Part shown: positions 37,924 through 47,760 of the stretch, piece by piece | Numbering within the stretch: the first letter of the stretch is position 1 | Layout: each line of letters begins with the position of its first letter | Assembly: GCA_964524425.1 (NCBI GenBank) | Contig: CAZGDA010000002.1 | Coordinates: 1 to 62,256 of the forward strand | Length of the DNA: 62,256 nucleotides | DNA from: an uncultured Anaerolineaceae bacterium | GTDB taxonomy: Bacteria; Chloroflexota; Anaerolineae; Anaerolineales; DRKV01 | Reading direction: 5' to 3' | The notes under the pieces: generated by a model | The model's input: only the letters and a program-made list of their open reading frames with translations | Database searches by the model: none | Told to the model about the DNA's origin: nothing | Translations under genes and position numbers: made by a program

Positions 37924-37936
37924 TTGATATTATCAA
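37924..37936. promoter_or_regulatory. Candidate MarR operator palindrome upstream of the marR-GNAT gene
   Basis: TTGATA-T-TATCAA perfect 6-1-6 palindrome, 38 bp upstream of the start codon. Confidence 0.35.
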
Positions 37937-38077
37937 TTAAATATTTGATTTTGTCAAGTATTTTATCGCTTCATCTTACCAAAAATCACCTGGGTAATAC
38001 TTGTTCGTTCAACAGACAAATTTTTAAAATACATACGGTGTGCTATAACATAATTCGGTTCCTACTTCTACCGCGAC

Positions 38078-38536
38078 ATGTTAAACTTTGAAGATGTTCG
38101 GCGTTCTGATAAAATCGTAGGTTTACTGCGTCTGCTTGCCTTCCAAATCGGGCAAGAAGTCTCCATTCCTGAATTGGCTGCGAATCTGGCGCTCAATCAC
38201 CAGACGGTTGAACGCCACTTAGATTTGCTCGAAAAAGTGTTCGTGATTTTCAGAGTTGGCGGTTTTTCCCGCAATTTGCGTAAGGAGATCTCTAAAAATT
38301 CACGTTACTATTTCTCCGACAACGGTGTGCGCAACAGCCTGATCCAGAATTTTAACAGCCTTTCCTTACGGAATGACGCAGGGCAGCTTTGGGAGAATTA
38401 TTTAATCGTTGAGCGGCGCAAAGCCAACCAGTTCAATGAGCGGATGGTGAATTCTTACTTCTGGCGTACTTATGATCAAAAAGAACAGGAAAATTTTGAG
38501 TCTTTCCTGCGTCCTGCACATACTAATTTCCATTAG
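38078..38536 (+). pseudogene. C-terminal DUF4143 fragment of an AAA_14-type ATPase. The P-loop domain is missing.
   Basis: 'LLRLLAFQIGQEVSIPELAANLALNHQTVERHLDLLEKVFVIFRVGGFSRNLRKEISKNSRYYFSDNGVRNSL' matches the DUF4143 wHTH region. Full-length relatives are ~400 aa, whereas this is 152 aa. Confidence 0.65.
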
Positions 38537-39972
38537 CTGGCGCACAAATCGCAGGCTGCCTCACCCAGCCGCTGGACTGCCCATTCCGCGTGCGCGGACA
38601 ACATCGCCGCGTTCAGGCGAATGAAATTGTGGAAATGTGGCTGTGTGGCAAACAGATAGCCAGGAGCCAAAGTGATGCCCATTCCCAGCCCGCGCCGGTA
38701 CAATTCCAGGGAATCGACCTTCTCAGGCAATTGTACCCACACCACGTAACCGCCTTGCGGTGAGGAAACGCGCGTGTCCGCCGGGAAGAAACGCCTTATC
38801 AGTTGTGTCATTTTTGCCACTCGTGCCGCGTAAGCCCGGCGCATACGGCGCAGCGTCTGATCAAAACCGCCGCCTTCTAAAAACGCAGCCATTGTCAGTT
38901 GCGGGAGCAGCGCTGAAAAACAATTCGTCGCTACCTTGAGGAACTCCACCTTTTCTCGCCATTTTCCGGGCGCCATCCAGCCCACACGTAGCCCCGGCGA
39001 AACGCTTTTTGAAAAAGACGAGCACAGAATCACCCCACCTTGGGTATCGAAAGCCCGCGCCACCAAAGGGCGCCTGTCACTGAAAGACAATTCTCCATAT
39101 ATGTCATCCTCAATCAAAACCGACTGATGCTGCGCTAACATCTCCACCAGACGGCGCTTGTCTTGCTCACTCATACAGCATCCCAACGGATTACTGTGAT
39201 TTGTAACCACCACCGCCGCTCGGATAGCATACCGTTCCAAAGCCTGCTGCAAGGCATCCACCTGCAACCCTTCCCCTGGCTGAGCGGGAATCTCTACCGC
39301 CCGTAAACCATACGCCTCGAGCATTTGTAATATACCGAAGTACGTCGGTGATTCAATCGCCACCAGATCGCCGGGCACACACACTGCACGCAGCGCCAGA
39401 TTTAACGCTTCAGTACAGCCGTTGGTGATGAGAATTTCTTCCGGAGAAAAATTACACCCCGCCAGAAAAGCCCGCCGCGCCACCTGCACGCGTAATTCCA
39501 GGCAGCCTTCCGCGCTGCCCATCAAACGCGGGCGCGCCTCACCATTGCGCGCCAGGCGCGCCAGCAACCGGTTCAACTGCGCCTCGGGCAACACGTCCGG
39601 CGCTGGTAAAGCCGCCCCAAACTGAATCAAATCCGGCAGATTTGCGTCCTCGCGCACTCGCCGCGCCAGATCATAGACCTGCACGGCTTGCGGTTCCAGG
39701 GTAGAATTACCCTTTCCTCCACCCAATTCCATGCGTTCCTGGCGCACGTAATACCCCGACTGGGGACGCGCTTCGATCTCGCCGCTGTCTTCCAGGATTC
39801 GATATGCCTGCCGTACCGTCGTGATACTGAGCCGTTTTTGACGGCTGACGCGTCGCACGGAAGGCAGGCGCTGCCCCCCGCAAAAAACACCCGCGCGAAT
39901 TTGGGCGCGGATTTCCTCTGCCAGGCGCTTATACAATTGGGGGGGAAGGGAAGCTGCCGTCGAAGCACACAT
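38533..39972 (-). CDS. MocR-type regulator (GntR HTH fused to an aminotransferase-fold domain)
   Basis: N-terminal 'LPSVRRVSRQKRLSITTVRQAYRILEDSGEIEARPQSGYYV' is a GntR HTH. The C-terminal ~350 aa is a class I aminotransferase-like fold with 'SSFSKSVSPGLRVGW'. Confidence 0.85.
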   Translation of the reverse strand: MCASTAASLPPQLYKRLAEEIRAQIRAGVFCGGQRLPSVRRVSRQKRLSITTVRQAYRILEDSGEIEARPQSGYYVRQERMELGGGKGNSTLEPQAVQVYDLARRVREDANLPDLIQFGAALPAPDVLPEAQLNRLLARLARNGEARPRLMGSAEGCLELRVQVARRAFLAGCNFSPEEILITNGCTEALNLALRAVCVPGDLVAIESPTYFGILQMLEAYGLRAVEIPAQPGEGLQVDALQQALERYAIRAAVVVTNHSNPLGCCMSEQDKRRLVEMLAQHQSVLIEDDIYGELSFSDRRPLVARAFDTQGGVILCSSFSKSVSPGLRVGWMAPGKWREKVEFLKVATNCFSALLPQLTMAAFLEGGGFDQTLRRMRRAYAARVAKMTQLIRRFFPADTRVSSPQGGYVVWVQLPEKVDSLELYRRGLGMGITLAPGYLFATQPHFHNFIRLNAAMLSAHAEWAVQRLGEAACDLCAS

Positions 39973-40116
39973 ATTCCAAAACTGTTATGCAAAAAATTAA
40001 AGCCAACTGCTGCTTTTATTTTATCACGATGTCCATATAATAATACTTGCGTTCAGAGGATGGGAGCCGGCATTAGAAACAGTCACGCATTTTACGATAT
40101 AATACAGGAGTAAATT

Positions 40117-41487
40117 ATGCAAAATATATACGAAACAACCGCCCAGCGGGCAATCCGTTATTTGGAAGAAATCCAAGAACGCGCTGTTGCCCCCACTGCG
40201 CAAGCAATTGACGAGCTAAAACGCTTTGACGAGCCTCTGCCTGAAGCACCCACGCAAGCCGCTGACGTGCTGGCTATGCTGGACGATTTCGGCTCTCCTG
40301 CGACGATGGCAAGCGCGGGACGGCGTTTCTTTGGCTTGGTCATCGGTGGCTCCTTACCGGTCAGCCTGGCAGCGAACTGGCTGGCAGGCGCCTGGGACCA
40401 GAACGCGGTGTTCTATCGTATCTCCCCGGTGGCGGCTGCCTTAGAGCAGGTCAGCCGCAAATGGCTGGTGGACGTCTTGCGCCTGCCGCCGCAAACAGAA
40501 GCCGCCTTTGTTACCGGCGCGACGATGGCAAACTTCACCGCTCTGGCTGCCGCACGCCACAAGCTGCTGACCCGCGCCGGCTGGAACGTGGAAGCGCAGG
40601 GTCTGTTCGGCGCTCCTCCCCTCACGGTCGTCGTCGGTGAGGAAGTCCACCCCACCTTGATCAAGGCTCTTGGGCTGCTGGGCATGGGACGTGAGCGCGT
40701 CCTGCGCGTCCCTGTGGATGGGCAGGGGCGCATGCGCGCCGATTCTTTGCCAGCCCTAACGGAGAATACCATCGTATGCTTGCAGGCGGGCAACGTGAAC
40801 ACGGGCGCCTTCGACCCCTTCACCGAGATTTGCACGCGTGCACACGAGAACCGCGCCTGGGTGCACGTGGATGGCGCATTTGGACTTTGGGCAGCCGCCG
40901 CACCCCATCGCGCTCACCTGTGCGAGGGCATGCAGCTTGCCGACTCTTGGGCAACCGACGCCCACAAGTGGCTGAACGTCCCCTACGACAGCGGCTTGGC
41001 TTTCGTGCGCGACGCCCACGCCCTGCGCGCCGCAATGTCGGTTTCCGCCGCATACCTCCCCACCCAAACCGAGCAGCGCAATCCCGCTGATCACACTCCG
41101 GAGCTTTCGCGGCGCGGGCGCGGCGTTGAAATTTGGGCAGCCTTGCGCGGCTTGGGCAGGTCTGGTGTAATAGATTTGATCGAACGCACCTGCCGCCACG
41201 CCCAACGCTTTGCCGAAGGGTTAGCAGCCAACAGCTACACGATCTTAAACGACGTGGTTTTAAACCAGGTGTTGGTTTCCTTTGGCGATCCACAAACAAC
41301 CAACCGCGTGATTCAAGAAATACAAACGGATGGCACCTGCTGGTGCGGTGGAACGATCTGGCAGGGACATACCGCCATGCGCATCAGCGTCTCCTCGTGG
41401 GCTACCACTGCTGAAGACGTTGAGTGTTGCCTGGAACGGATGTTGGCACTGGCTGCGAAAGTGCGCTCATCCCAAACCGAGCGCTAA
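40117..41487 (+). CDS. PLP-dependent group II (aromatic/glutamate-type) decarboxylase family protein
   Basis: 'SWATDAHKWLNVPYDSG' (PLP-lysine motif) and 'VTGATMANFTALAAAR'. 456 aa. Confidence 0.8.
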   Translation: MQNIYETTAQRAIRYLEEIQERAVAPTAQAIDELKRFDEPLPEAPTQAADVLAMLDDFGSPATMASAGRRFFGLVIGGSLPVSLAANWLAGAWDQNAVFYRISPVAAALEQVSRKWLVDVLRLPPQTEAAFVTGATMANFTALAAARHKLLTRAGWNVEAQGLFGAPPLTVVVGEEVHPTLIKALGLLGMGRERVLRVPVDGQGRMRADSLPALTENTIVCLQAGNVNTGAFDPFTEICTRAHENRAWVHVDGAFGLWAAAAPHRAHLCEGMQLADSWATDAHKWLNVPYDSGLAFVRDAHALRAAMSVSAAYLPTQTEQRNPADHTPELSRRGRGVEIWAALRGLGRSGVIDLIERTCRHAQRFAEGLAANSYTILNDVVLNQVLVSFGDPQTTNRVIQEIQTDGTCWCGGTIWQGHTAMRISVSSWATTAEDVECCLERMLALAAKVRSSQTER

Positions 41488-41529
41488 ATATTCCCCAGGT
41501 ATCTTATTCCTAACCAGGAGGGAAATGAA

Positions 41530-42507
41530 ATGAACGTAGATTCTGAGACGATTGAATGGCTGTTGGAAGAGGACAACCCTTCCTTGCGTTACCGCACCCT
41601 GCGTGAACTGCTTGGGAAACCCGCCGACGACCCGCACGTGCTGCAAGCCCAAGCCGCCATCCTCGAATATGCGCCCGTTAAGGAGTTACTCGCCAAAATG
41701 CAGCCAAACGGCACCTGGCTGCAAAAAAATCCACGCACACACGTCGTCTTGGGAGATGGCGTCGAATACGGTTCCTACGCCACAACGCACTTTTGCCTTG
41801 CCTACCTCGCCGAATTAGGTTTGAACCGCTCCCACCCCCAGGTAGAAAAAGCCGCCGAGCGCTATCTCTCCCTTCAGCAAGCGGATGGGGATTGGTGGCT
41901 GCATCTTTCCTGTCTAATTGGCTATAACCTGCGCACGTTTATCCAGCTAGGGTACAGGCAGGACTGGCGCGTGCAGCGTGCGGTAGATTTAATGTTGCAA
42001 ACCCACCGCGAGGACGGCGGGTATCTGTGTGATTTTCACGCACAAAAATATAAAACGAAACCCACCAAGAGTTGTATCCGCGGCTGTGCAAAAATGCTGC
42101 TGGCTTTTTCCGAAATGCCGGAATATTGGCAGCACCCAAGATGTGAACAACTTCTCGAATACTTCCTGCGCCGCGGCGGGATATTCCGTTCCACCGCCCC
42201 CAACACACTCATCCGCCACGACATACTGCGCCTCTCCTTTCCCTTCACCTGGGGGACGAGCGTTTGGGAAATCCTTTACGCCTTCAGCAAAATGGGGTAC
42301 GGCAACGACGTTATTTTACACACAGCCTGGGACAGACTCGCCGAAAAAACCACCTCATACGGGCGGTACCTGCTGGACTGGACCCCCGGGCAAGCCCCCT
42401 GGAAAGTGGGAGCGCAAGGGATAGAAAACAAGTGGGTAACTTTCTACGTGATCATGGCGCACACATACCGGGCAGGCAAGCTCCCCCTGCCTGCCCTGCA
42501 AGGCTAA
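41530..42507 (+). CDS. Hypothetical protein with prenyltransferase/terpene-cyclase-like (alpha/alpha toroid) repeats
   Basis: Repeated 'Q.xDGxW'-like motifs: 'MQPNGTWL', 'QQADGDWW' and 'HREDGGYL'. AGGAGG Shine-Dalgarno sequence. Lies 43 nt after the decarboxylase. Confidence 0.5.
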   Translation: MNVDSETIEWLLEEDNPSLRYRTLRELLGKPADDPHVLQAQAAILEYAPVKELLAKMQPNGTWLQKNPRTHVVLGDGVEYGSYATTHFCLAYLAELGLNRSHPQVEKAAERYLSLQQADGDWWLHLSCLIGYNLRTFIQLGYRQDWRVQRAVDLMLQTHREDGGYLCDFHAQKYKTKPTKSCIRGCAKMLLAFSEMPEYWQHPRCEQLLEYFLRRGGIFRSTAPNTLIRHDILRLSFPFTWGTSVWEILYAFSKMGYGNDVILHTAWDRLAEKTTSYGRYLLDWTPGQAPWKVGAQGIENKWVTFYVIMAHTYRAGKLPLPALQG

Positions 42508-42616
42508 GTCATTAACAATACCCTGACGTTAAATTTCCATCCCAATTGGGTATTTCTCCGTTGTAATTCCAGGGGACTACGCTGGAATTCTATCCCGTTC
42601 CAACACTCCGTTTCAT

Positions 42617-44248
42617 TTAAAAATCCAAGCAGATGACCCTGTTGCGCCCATCTCTCTTGGCTATATACAGCGCCTTGTCAGCGGCATCAATGATAGTCTG
42701 TATCTCCGTGCCATGCTCAGGATAAGCTGCAATACCAATAGAAATTGTCAAACGGATGCTTTCTCCATTGATCATAATAATCGCGTTCTCAATCGCGCTG
42801 CGAATGGTTTCAGCACGCTGCCCGGCAACTTCCAGGGCAGTATTCATCATCAAGATCAAAAATTCTTCTCCCCCGTATCGGTAAAGCAAATCGCTGCTGC
42901 GCACGTTAGCTGTTAGAAGCTCTCCGATCTTGTTCAGCACCACGTCGCCCCTTGAATGTCCAAAAGTATCGTTTACCCACTTAAAGTGGTCAATGTCTAG
43001 AATCAAAACACATAACGAGACTTGCTCGCGTTGGGCGCGCTTCACTTCGCTGTACATCGTGTCGTTCAGGTAACGCCGGTTAAACAAACCGGTCAACGGA
43101 TCGCGAATAGCCTGTTCCTGAAGCAATCTTTGCAGGTTGTGAATTTCTTCCAATTGTAAGGTCAATTTTTCGTTGTTGTTACGCAATTCCTCTTCCAGCT
43201 TCTTGCGCTTGCTGATCTCGTGCAGGACGATCAGCCGACCGACAACCTGGGACTTGCGATTTTGAATGGGCGAAACACGGAAATCATACGTGTGTGTTTT
43301 TCCTTCCGAATCGTGTGTGCTTATTTCGCTCTGCGCGAGCCGCACTTGAGGATTAATCTCTGGCAGCGTCAATTTCTGCAAAAGGATGTCCTTATATGCC
43401 CGCCCAATAATACTATTCGATGGTATGTTGATAACCCGTTGCGCCGCCGGGTTGACGTCCACAATCACGCCTTTTTCATTCAGCACAATCATGCCATCTT
43501 CCATGTTCTCAATCAACATGTCTTTTGCGATTGGAGCAACGTTCAAGAGCTGTCCTCGATACACGGAAATGAAAAAGGCGACGCCCATCAACCCAAATCC
43601 AAACGGGGAGAGGGCATGTTTAAATTCTGGAATTAATAAAAAAGCGTCCAATATGCTGGTTACAATCGTCGGAATCACCCCCACGATCAACAAGATCGCC
43701 TGCTGCTGATAAATCCAGAAAGAACGCACCGCCATTTGTAAGAATAAGATTGTGGCAAATATCACTGTCAGATAGCTATATAAGGTGTGCGCCCAAAAAT
43801 ATGTCCCATAGGTAACCGAATCTACGTACAGAATAGGACCATCCATAGCAAAATGAATGTCCCGAATCATCAACCCATGAAATCCATTTGTACAGGTTAC
43901 CAGTATAGAGATAACTGGAATGATAAAAATCAGCGCGAGTCCAATTGTTGTCAAGTGCTTCTCATACCCTGTGTAATGGAGGGCAAAAACCAGATACAGC
44001 GGCACCATGAGCATTAAACCAACGTAGCGGGCGTATATCCAGTTCATGGTTACCTGGTCGCCTTGGCTTAAGCAAACGAAAATCGAAGTGATCTGCCACT
44101 CCGCCACCATAAACATCATCAACGAAAAATATACAGTTACCCGGTTCTTCTTAAAAGATATCAACGCAACAGCACCCAGCACTGCCGAAATAGCAGCACT
44201 GAGAAATACTACACTGAGGTAAATATACTGAGGAGTAACAAAATTCAT
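42617..44248 (-). CDS. Diguanylate cyclase with an N-terminal 7TM sensor module and PAS domain
   Basis: 'DPLTGLFNRRYL...LDIDHFKWVNDTFGHSRGDVVL...RYGGEEFLILM'. Seven N-terminal hydrophobic helices. Confidence 0.85.
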   Translation of the reverse strand: MNFVTPQYIYLSVVFLSAAISAVLGAVALISFKKNRVTVYFSLMMFMVAEWQITSIFVCLSQGDQVTMNWIYARYVGLMLMVPLYLVFALHYTGYEKHLTTIGLALIFIIPVISILVTCTNGFHGLMIRDIHFAMDGPILYVDSVTYGTYFWAHTLYSYLTVIFATILFLQMAVRSFWIYQQQAILLIVGVIPTIVTSILDAFLLIPEFKHALSPFGFGLMGVAFFISVYRGQLLNVAPIAKDMLIENMEDGMIVLNEKGVIVDVNPAAQRVINIPSNSIIGRAYKDILLQKLTLPEINPQVRLAQSEISTHDSEGKTHTYDFRVSPIQNRKSQVVGRLIVLHEISKRKKLEEELRNNNEKLTLQLEEIHNLQRLLQEQAIRDPLTGLFNRRYLNDTMYSEVKRAQREQVSLCVLILDIDHFKWVNDTFGHSRGDVVLNKIGELLTANVRSSDLLYRYGGEEFLILMMNTALEVAGQRAETIRSAIENAIIMINGESIRLTISIGIAAYPEHGTEIQTIIDAADKALYIAKRDGRNRVICLDF

Positions 44249-44391
44249 CTTGTTTTTTTCGTTGGGAGGTTGACAAAGCTAATTATATCATTGTCGCAGT
44301 GCGTTTCTCTTAAAAATTGAGATTTTCCATCCGTTTGTGATATACTCCATCAGATTGCTCTGCTGAAAGACATTCTGGAAGGAGTTGGGAA

Positions 44392-45087
44392 ATGCACAAG
44401 AAAATCGGCATTATCGGTGGATTGAGTCCCGAATCAACCGTGAGTTACTATCTCCACATCACCCGCTCCTACACTGCCAGATTCGGCGATTACGCATACC
44501 CGCAAATCTTCATCTTCAGTGTTAATCTAGAAAACTACCACAACTGGAGAAAGATGAACCGCTGGGACCTGATCACCAACGACCTTGTCTCCGCTGCGCA
44601 AAGCCTTCAGTCTGCCGGCGCAGATTTCGGTCTCATCGCCACCAACACCATGCACAAGGTTTTCGACCTCGTGCAAAGCGCAACCAGCCTGCCCTTGCTT
44701 CACATCATTGACGTTACTATCGAACAAATAAAACGCCAAAACATCACCACCATCGCTCTTTTAGGTACGAAATACACCATGAGCGATGGTTTCTATCAAC
44801 GCAGGCTTGCCCAACATGCTCTGGACGTTATCGTCCCGGCTGCCAACGAGCAAGAGACGATTCATCGCATCATTGAAGAGGAACTGGTGCGAGGTGTGTT
44901 ATTGGAAGAGTCAAAACGCCGCTATCTGGATGTCATTGCAAACATGCAGCAACGCCGCGCCCAAGGGGTCATTCTCGGCTGCACCGAAATTCCCCTCCTC
45001 GTAAAACAAGCAGATTGCGCCTTACCCCTGTTTGACACCGCCGTAATCCACGCCGAAGCCGCCTTGCAAAAAGCCTTGGAGCAGTGA
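44392..45087 (+). CDS. Aspartate/glutamate/hydantoin racemase family protein (aspartate racemase-like)
   Basis: 'KKIGIIGGLSPESTVSYY', 'ATNTMH' and 'VILGCTEIPLL' (the two catalytic Cys/Thr motifs). Confidence 0.85.
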   Translation: MHKKIGIIGGLSPESTVSYYLHITRSYTARFGDYAYPQIFIFSVNLENYHNWRKMNRWDLITNDLVSAAQSLQSAGADFGLIATNTMHKVFDLVQSATSLPLLHIIDVTIEQIKRQNITTIALLGTKYTMSDGFYQRRLAQHALDVIVPAANEQETIHRIIEEELVRGVLLEESKRRYLDVIANMQQRRAQGVILGCTEIPLLVKQADCALPLFDTAVIHAEAALQKALEQ

Positions 45088-45596
45088 TGTCGCCAAACCT
45101 CGCCCGCAAATATCCACCCTCCCAGCCGTGCGGTTGCGAAATTTGCCTGCGTTACTGCACCCGTCCCGGCTGGTGGGTCGTTAAAGAAGCCGCCAGCGCA
45201 CTCAATGCTGGATATGCGAAGCGCATGATGTTAGAAATATCCCCCGAGCGCACTTTTGGTGTGCTTTCCCCCTCTTTCAAGGGCTGCGAAGGCTCGTTCG
45301 CCGTGCAACGTTACGCAGACCAGGCGTGTACTTTTCTCAAAGATAACCTATGTGAATTGCACGGAACTGGCTTCCAACCCCTGGAATGCCGCTTTTGCCA
45401 CCACGAGCGTATCGGCTTGGGCGCCCAATGCCACGCCGACATCGAAGCGGACTGGAAATCCCCCGCCGGGCGCGCGCTCGTTATCAAGTGGTGCAAACAA
45501 ACTGGCGTGTGGGACTTCCTCTCCGTTTACGGTTTGGATAGACTGAAAACAACCCCGCCGCCTTCTCTTCCAGCTCGCAATAAACCGCACCGCTGA
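45087..45596 (+). CDS. Cys-rich YkgJ/UPF0153-like putative zinc/iron-binding protein
   Basis: 'CGCEICLRYC' and 'CTFLKDNLCELHGTGFQPLECRFCHH' resemble the CxxCxxCC cluster family. TGATG overlap with the racemase stop. Confidence 0.5.
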   Translation: MSPNLARKYPPSQPCGCEICLRYCTRPGWWVVKEAASALNAGYAKRMMLEISPERTFGVLSPSFKGCEGSFAVQRYADQACTFLKDNLCELHGTGFQPLECRFCHHERIGLGAQCHADIEADWKSPAGRALVIKWCKQTGVWDFLSVYGLDRLKTTPPPSLPARNKPHR

Positions 45597-45632
45597 TTCA
45601 GGCGCATTTATTTTTTACCGAGGAGGATATAT

Positions 45633-46757
45633 ATGGCAATCAGCCCCTTCAAATTGGAACGTTTCTTTGCACTATACGAATTTAAAGTAAAATACTTGCT
45701 GAGTTCATCCGATTGCGAAAGCCTTTCTATGGCAGAATTGCTGGACATGGCTTCATCAGACAGTCTGCGTCTGTGGCAGACGTTAAGCCTCGGTTACACC
45801 GAATCCCCAGGACATCCGCTATTGAGAGCCGAAATCGCCAGGCTCTACGCCGCCATCCCGCCCGATAACGTGCTTGTTGCTGCCCCCGAAGAAGCGATCT
45901 TCATCGCCATGCAGGCGTTGTTGAGGGCAGGCGATCACGTCATCGTCGTTTCGCCGACCTATCAATCCCTGTACGAGATCGCCCGCTCCATCGGCTGTCA
46001 GGTGACTCCCTGGACATTGCAGCCCACTGCGCACGATTGGCGCTTGGATGTCAACGAGTTGGAGAGCCTTTGCACCAACCGCACGCGTATGCTGGTCATC
46101 AACTTCCCCAACAATCCCACCGGTTATCTGCCCTCACTTCAAGAATTCAACGCCATCGTTGAGTTTGCCCGCCGCCACGACCTGTACATCTTTTCCGATG
46201 AAATGTATCGCCTTCTCGAACACCAGCCTTCCATTCAACTTCCACCAATCTGCGATGCGTATGCAAAAGGTGTATCCTTAAGCGGTTTATCAAAATCCCT
46301 TGCCTTGCCCGGCTTGCGCATTGGCTGGCTGGCGGCGCAAAACCCTGCCCTGATAGAGCAATGGCTCACCGTCAAGGATTACACCACCATCTGTAACAGC
46401 GCCCCTGGTGAAATCTTAGGCATCATCGCTCTACAAAACAAAGCTAATATATTACACCGCAACTTGCAGATTATCCACGCCAACATCACCGTCGCAGAGC
46501 GCTTTTTTGCGCAGCACTCTGCTTTGTTTTCCTGGTTCTGCCCCAGGGCGGGTTCGATCGCCTTCCCGCGTTGGAAAGGCAGCCGCGCCGTTGAGCAATT
46601 CTGCCAGGGGGTGCTTGACCGCAAAGGAGTGATGATCGTCCCCGGCAGCCTGTTTGATTTTCCAAACGGTCATTTTAGACTGGGGTTGGGACGCAAGAAT
46701 TTCGCCGAAGCACTCGAACAGGTTGAAGAATTTCTTCAGGAATTTGAAGAAGAATAA
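45633..46757 (+). CDS. Class I/II PLP-dependent aminotransferase
   Basis: 'NFPNNPTGY' and 'SGLSKSLALPGLRIGW' (PLP lysine). 374 aa. Confidence 0.85.
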   Translation: MAISPFKLERFFALYEFKVKYLLSSSDCESLSMAELLDMASSDSLRLWQTLSLGYTESPGHPLLRAEIARLYAAIPPDNVLVAAPEEAIFIAMQALLRAGDHVIVVSPTYQSLYEIARSIGCQVTPWTLQPTAHDWRLDVNELESLCTNRTRMLVINFPNNPTGYLPSLQEFNAIVEFARRHDLYIFSDEMYRLLEHQPSIQLPPICDAYAKGVSLSGLSKSLALPGLRIGWLAAQNPALIEQWLTVKDYTTICNSAPGEILGIIALQNKANILHRNLQIIHANITVAERFFAQHSALFSWFCPRAGSIAFPRWKGSRAVEQFCQGVLDRKGVMIVPGSLFDFPNGHFRLGLGRKNFAEALEQVEEFLQEFEEE

Positions 46758-46783
46758 TACGCGCCGGTTTTGGAGGGCACGCC

Positions 46784-47608
46784 ATGAGAGAGCAGTTTAA
46801 ACTCGCCTTAATCCAGATGAGAGTAGAAGGAGGTATGAAACAACGCAATCTCCTCCACGCCGAAGAGCTGATTGCCGAGGCAGCCGCGCACGGCGCCGAC
46901 TTTGCCCTGCTGCCAGAAGCCATGCCCCTGGGATGGACGCACCCATCCAGCATGTCCCAGGCTGCCCCAATTCCTGACGGTGAATCGTGCCAGAGACTGT
47001 GTGCCGCCGCACGTAAACACGGCATTTTCCTTTGCGCCGGACTCGTGGAGCAGGCAGAAAACGCGGTTTACAACTCCGCCGTCATAATTGACCGCAATGG
47101 TCAAGTCCTGCTCACCCATCGCAAGCTCAACGAATTAACCATCGCACACACCTGCTACGCCCAGGGAGACCGCCTGAACGTCTGCCACACCGAATTTGGA
47201 ACGCTCGGTTTGATGATCTGCGCCGATGGCTTTGCCAAAGATCAGGTGTTGACCCGCTCGCTGTGTTACATGGGCGCGCATGTCATTCTCTCTCCCAGCG
47301 CCTGGGCAGTACCCGCTGACCACGATAACCAGCAAGACCCTTACGGGCAATTGTGGCGCGACGTTTATATACCGGTGGCAAGAGAATACTCCGTGTGGAT
47401 TATCGGCGTGAGCAATGTCGGCTGGATTTCGGCTGGACCCTGGCAGGGAAGAAAATGTATCGGCTGCTCCCTCGTGATTGACCCTCAAGGAAAAGAGGTC
47501 CTTCAAGCGCCATACGGCGTGGACGCTGAGACGATCCTCTACGTGGACGTTGCCCCGCGCAAGCGTCCGGCGCGCGGCTGTGCCTGGGTAGAACGCTCTC
47601 AAACTTAA
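46784..47608 (+). CDS. Carbon-nitrogen hydrolase (nitrilase/omega-amidase superfamily)
   Basis: 'LPEA' (catalytic Glu), 'HRKLN' (Lys) and 'LMICADG' (Cys) form the triad pattern. 274 aa. Confidence 0.85.
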   Translation: MREQFKLALIQMRVEGGMKQRNLLHAEELIAEAAAHGADFALLPEAMPLGWTHPSSMSQAAPIPDGESCQRLCAAARKHGIFLCAGLVEQAENAVYNSAVIIDRNGQVLLTHRKLNELTIAHTCYAQGDRLNVCHTEFGTLGLMICADGFAKDQVLTRSLCYMGAHVILSPSAWAVPADHDNQQDPYGQLWRDVYIPVAREYSVWIIGVSNVGWISAGPWQGRKCIGCSLVIDPQGKEVLQAPYGVDAETILYVDVAPRKRPARGCAWVERSQT

Positions 47609-47760
47609 ATCTTGCCGCGCTGGACGAAGACAGTATGGATGGTGAGATAGATATAAGATATAATAATGTTAATCATTAGGGTTTTGTAATGCGAATACAA
47701 CAGCTAGTAACCCTATACTTTGCGTTGTTGTAAAACGAGACGTAAAAAGGAGTAAATACG

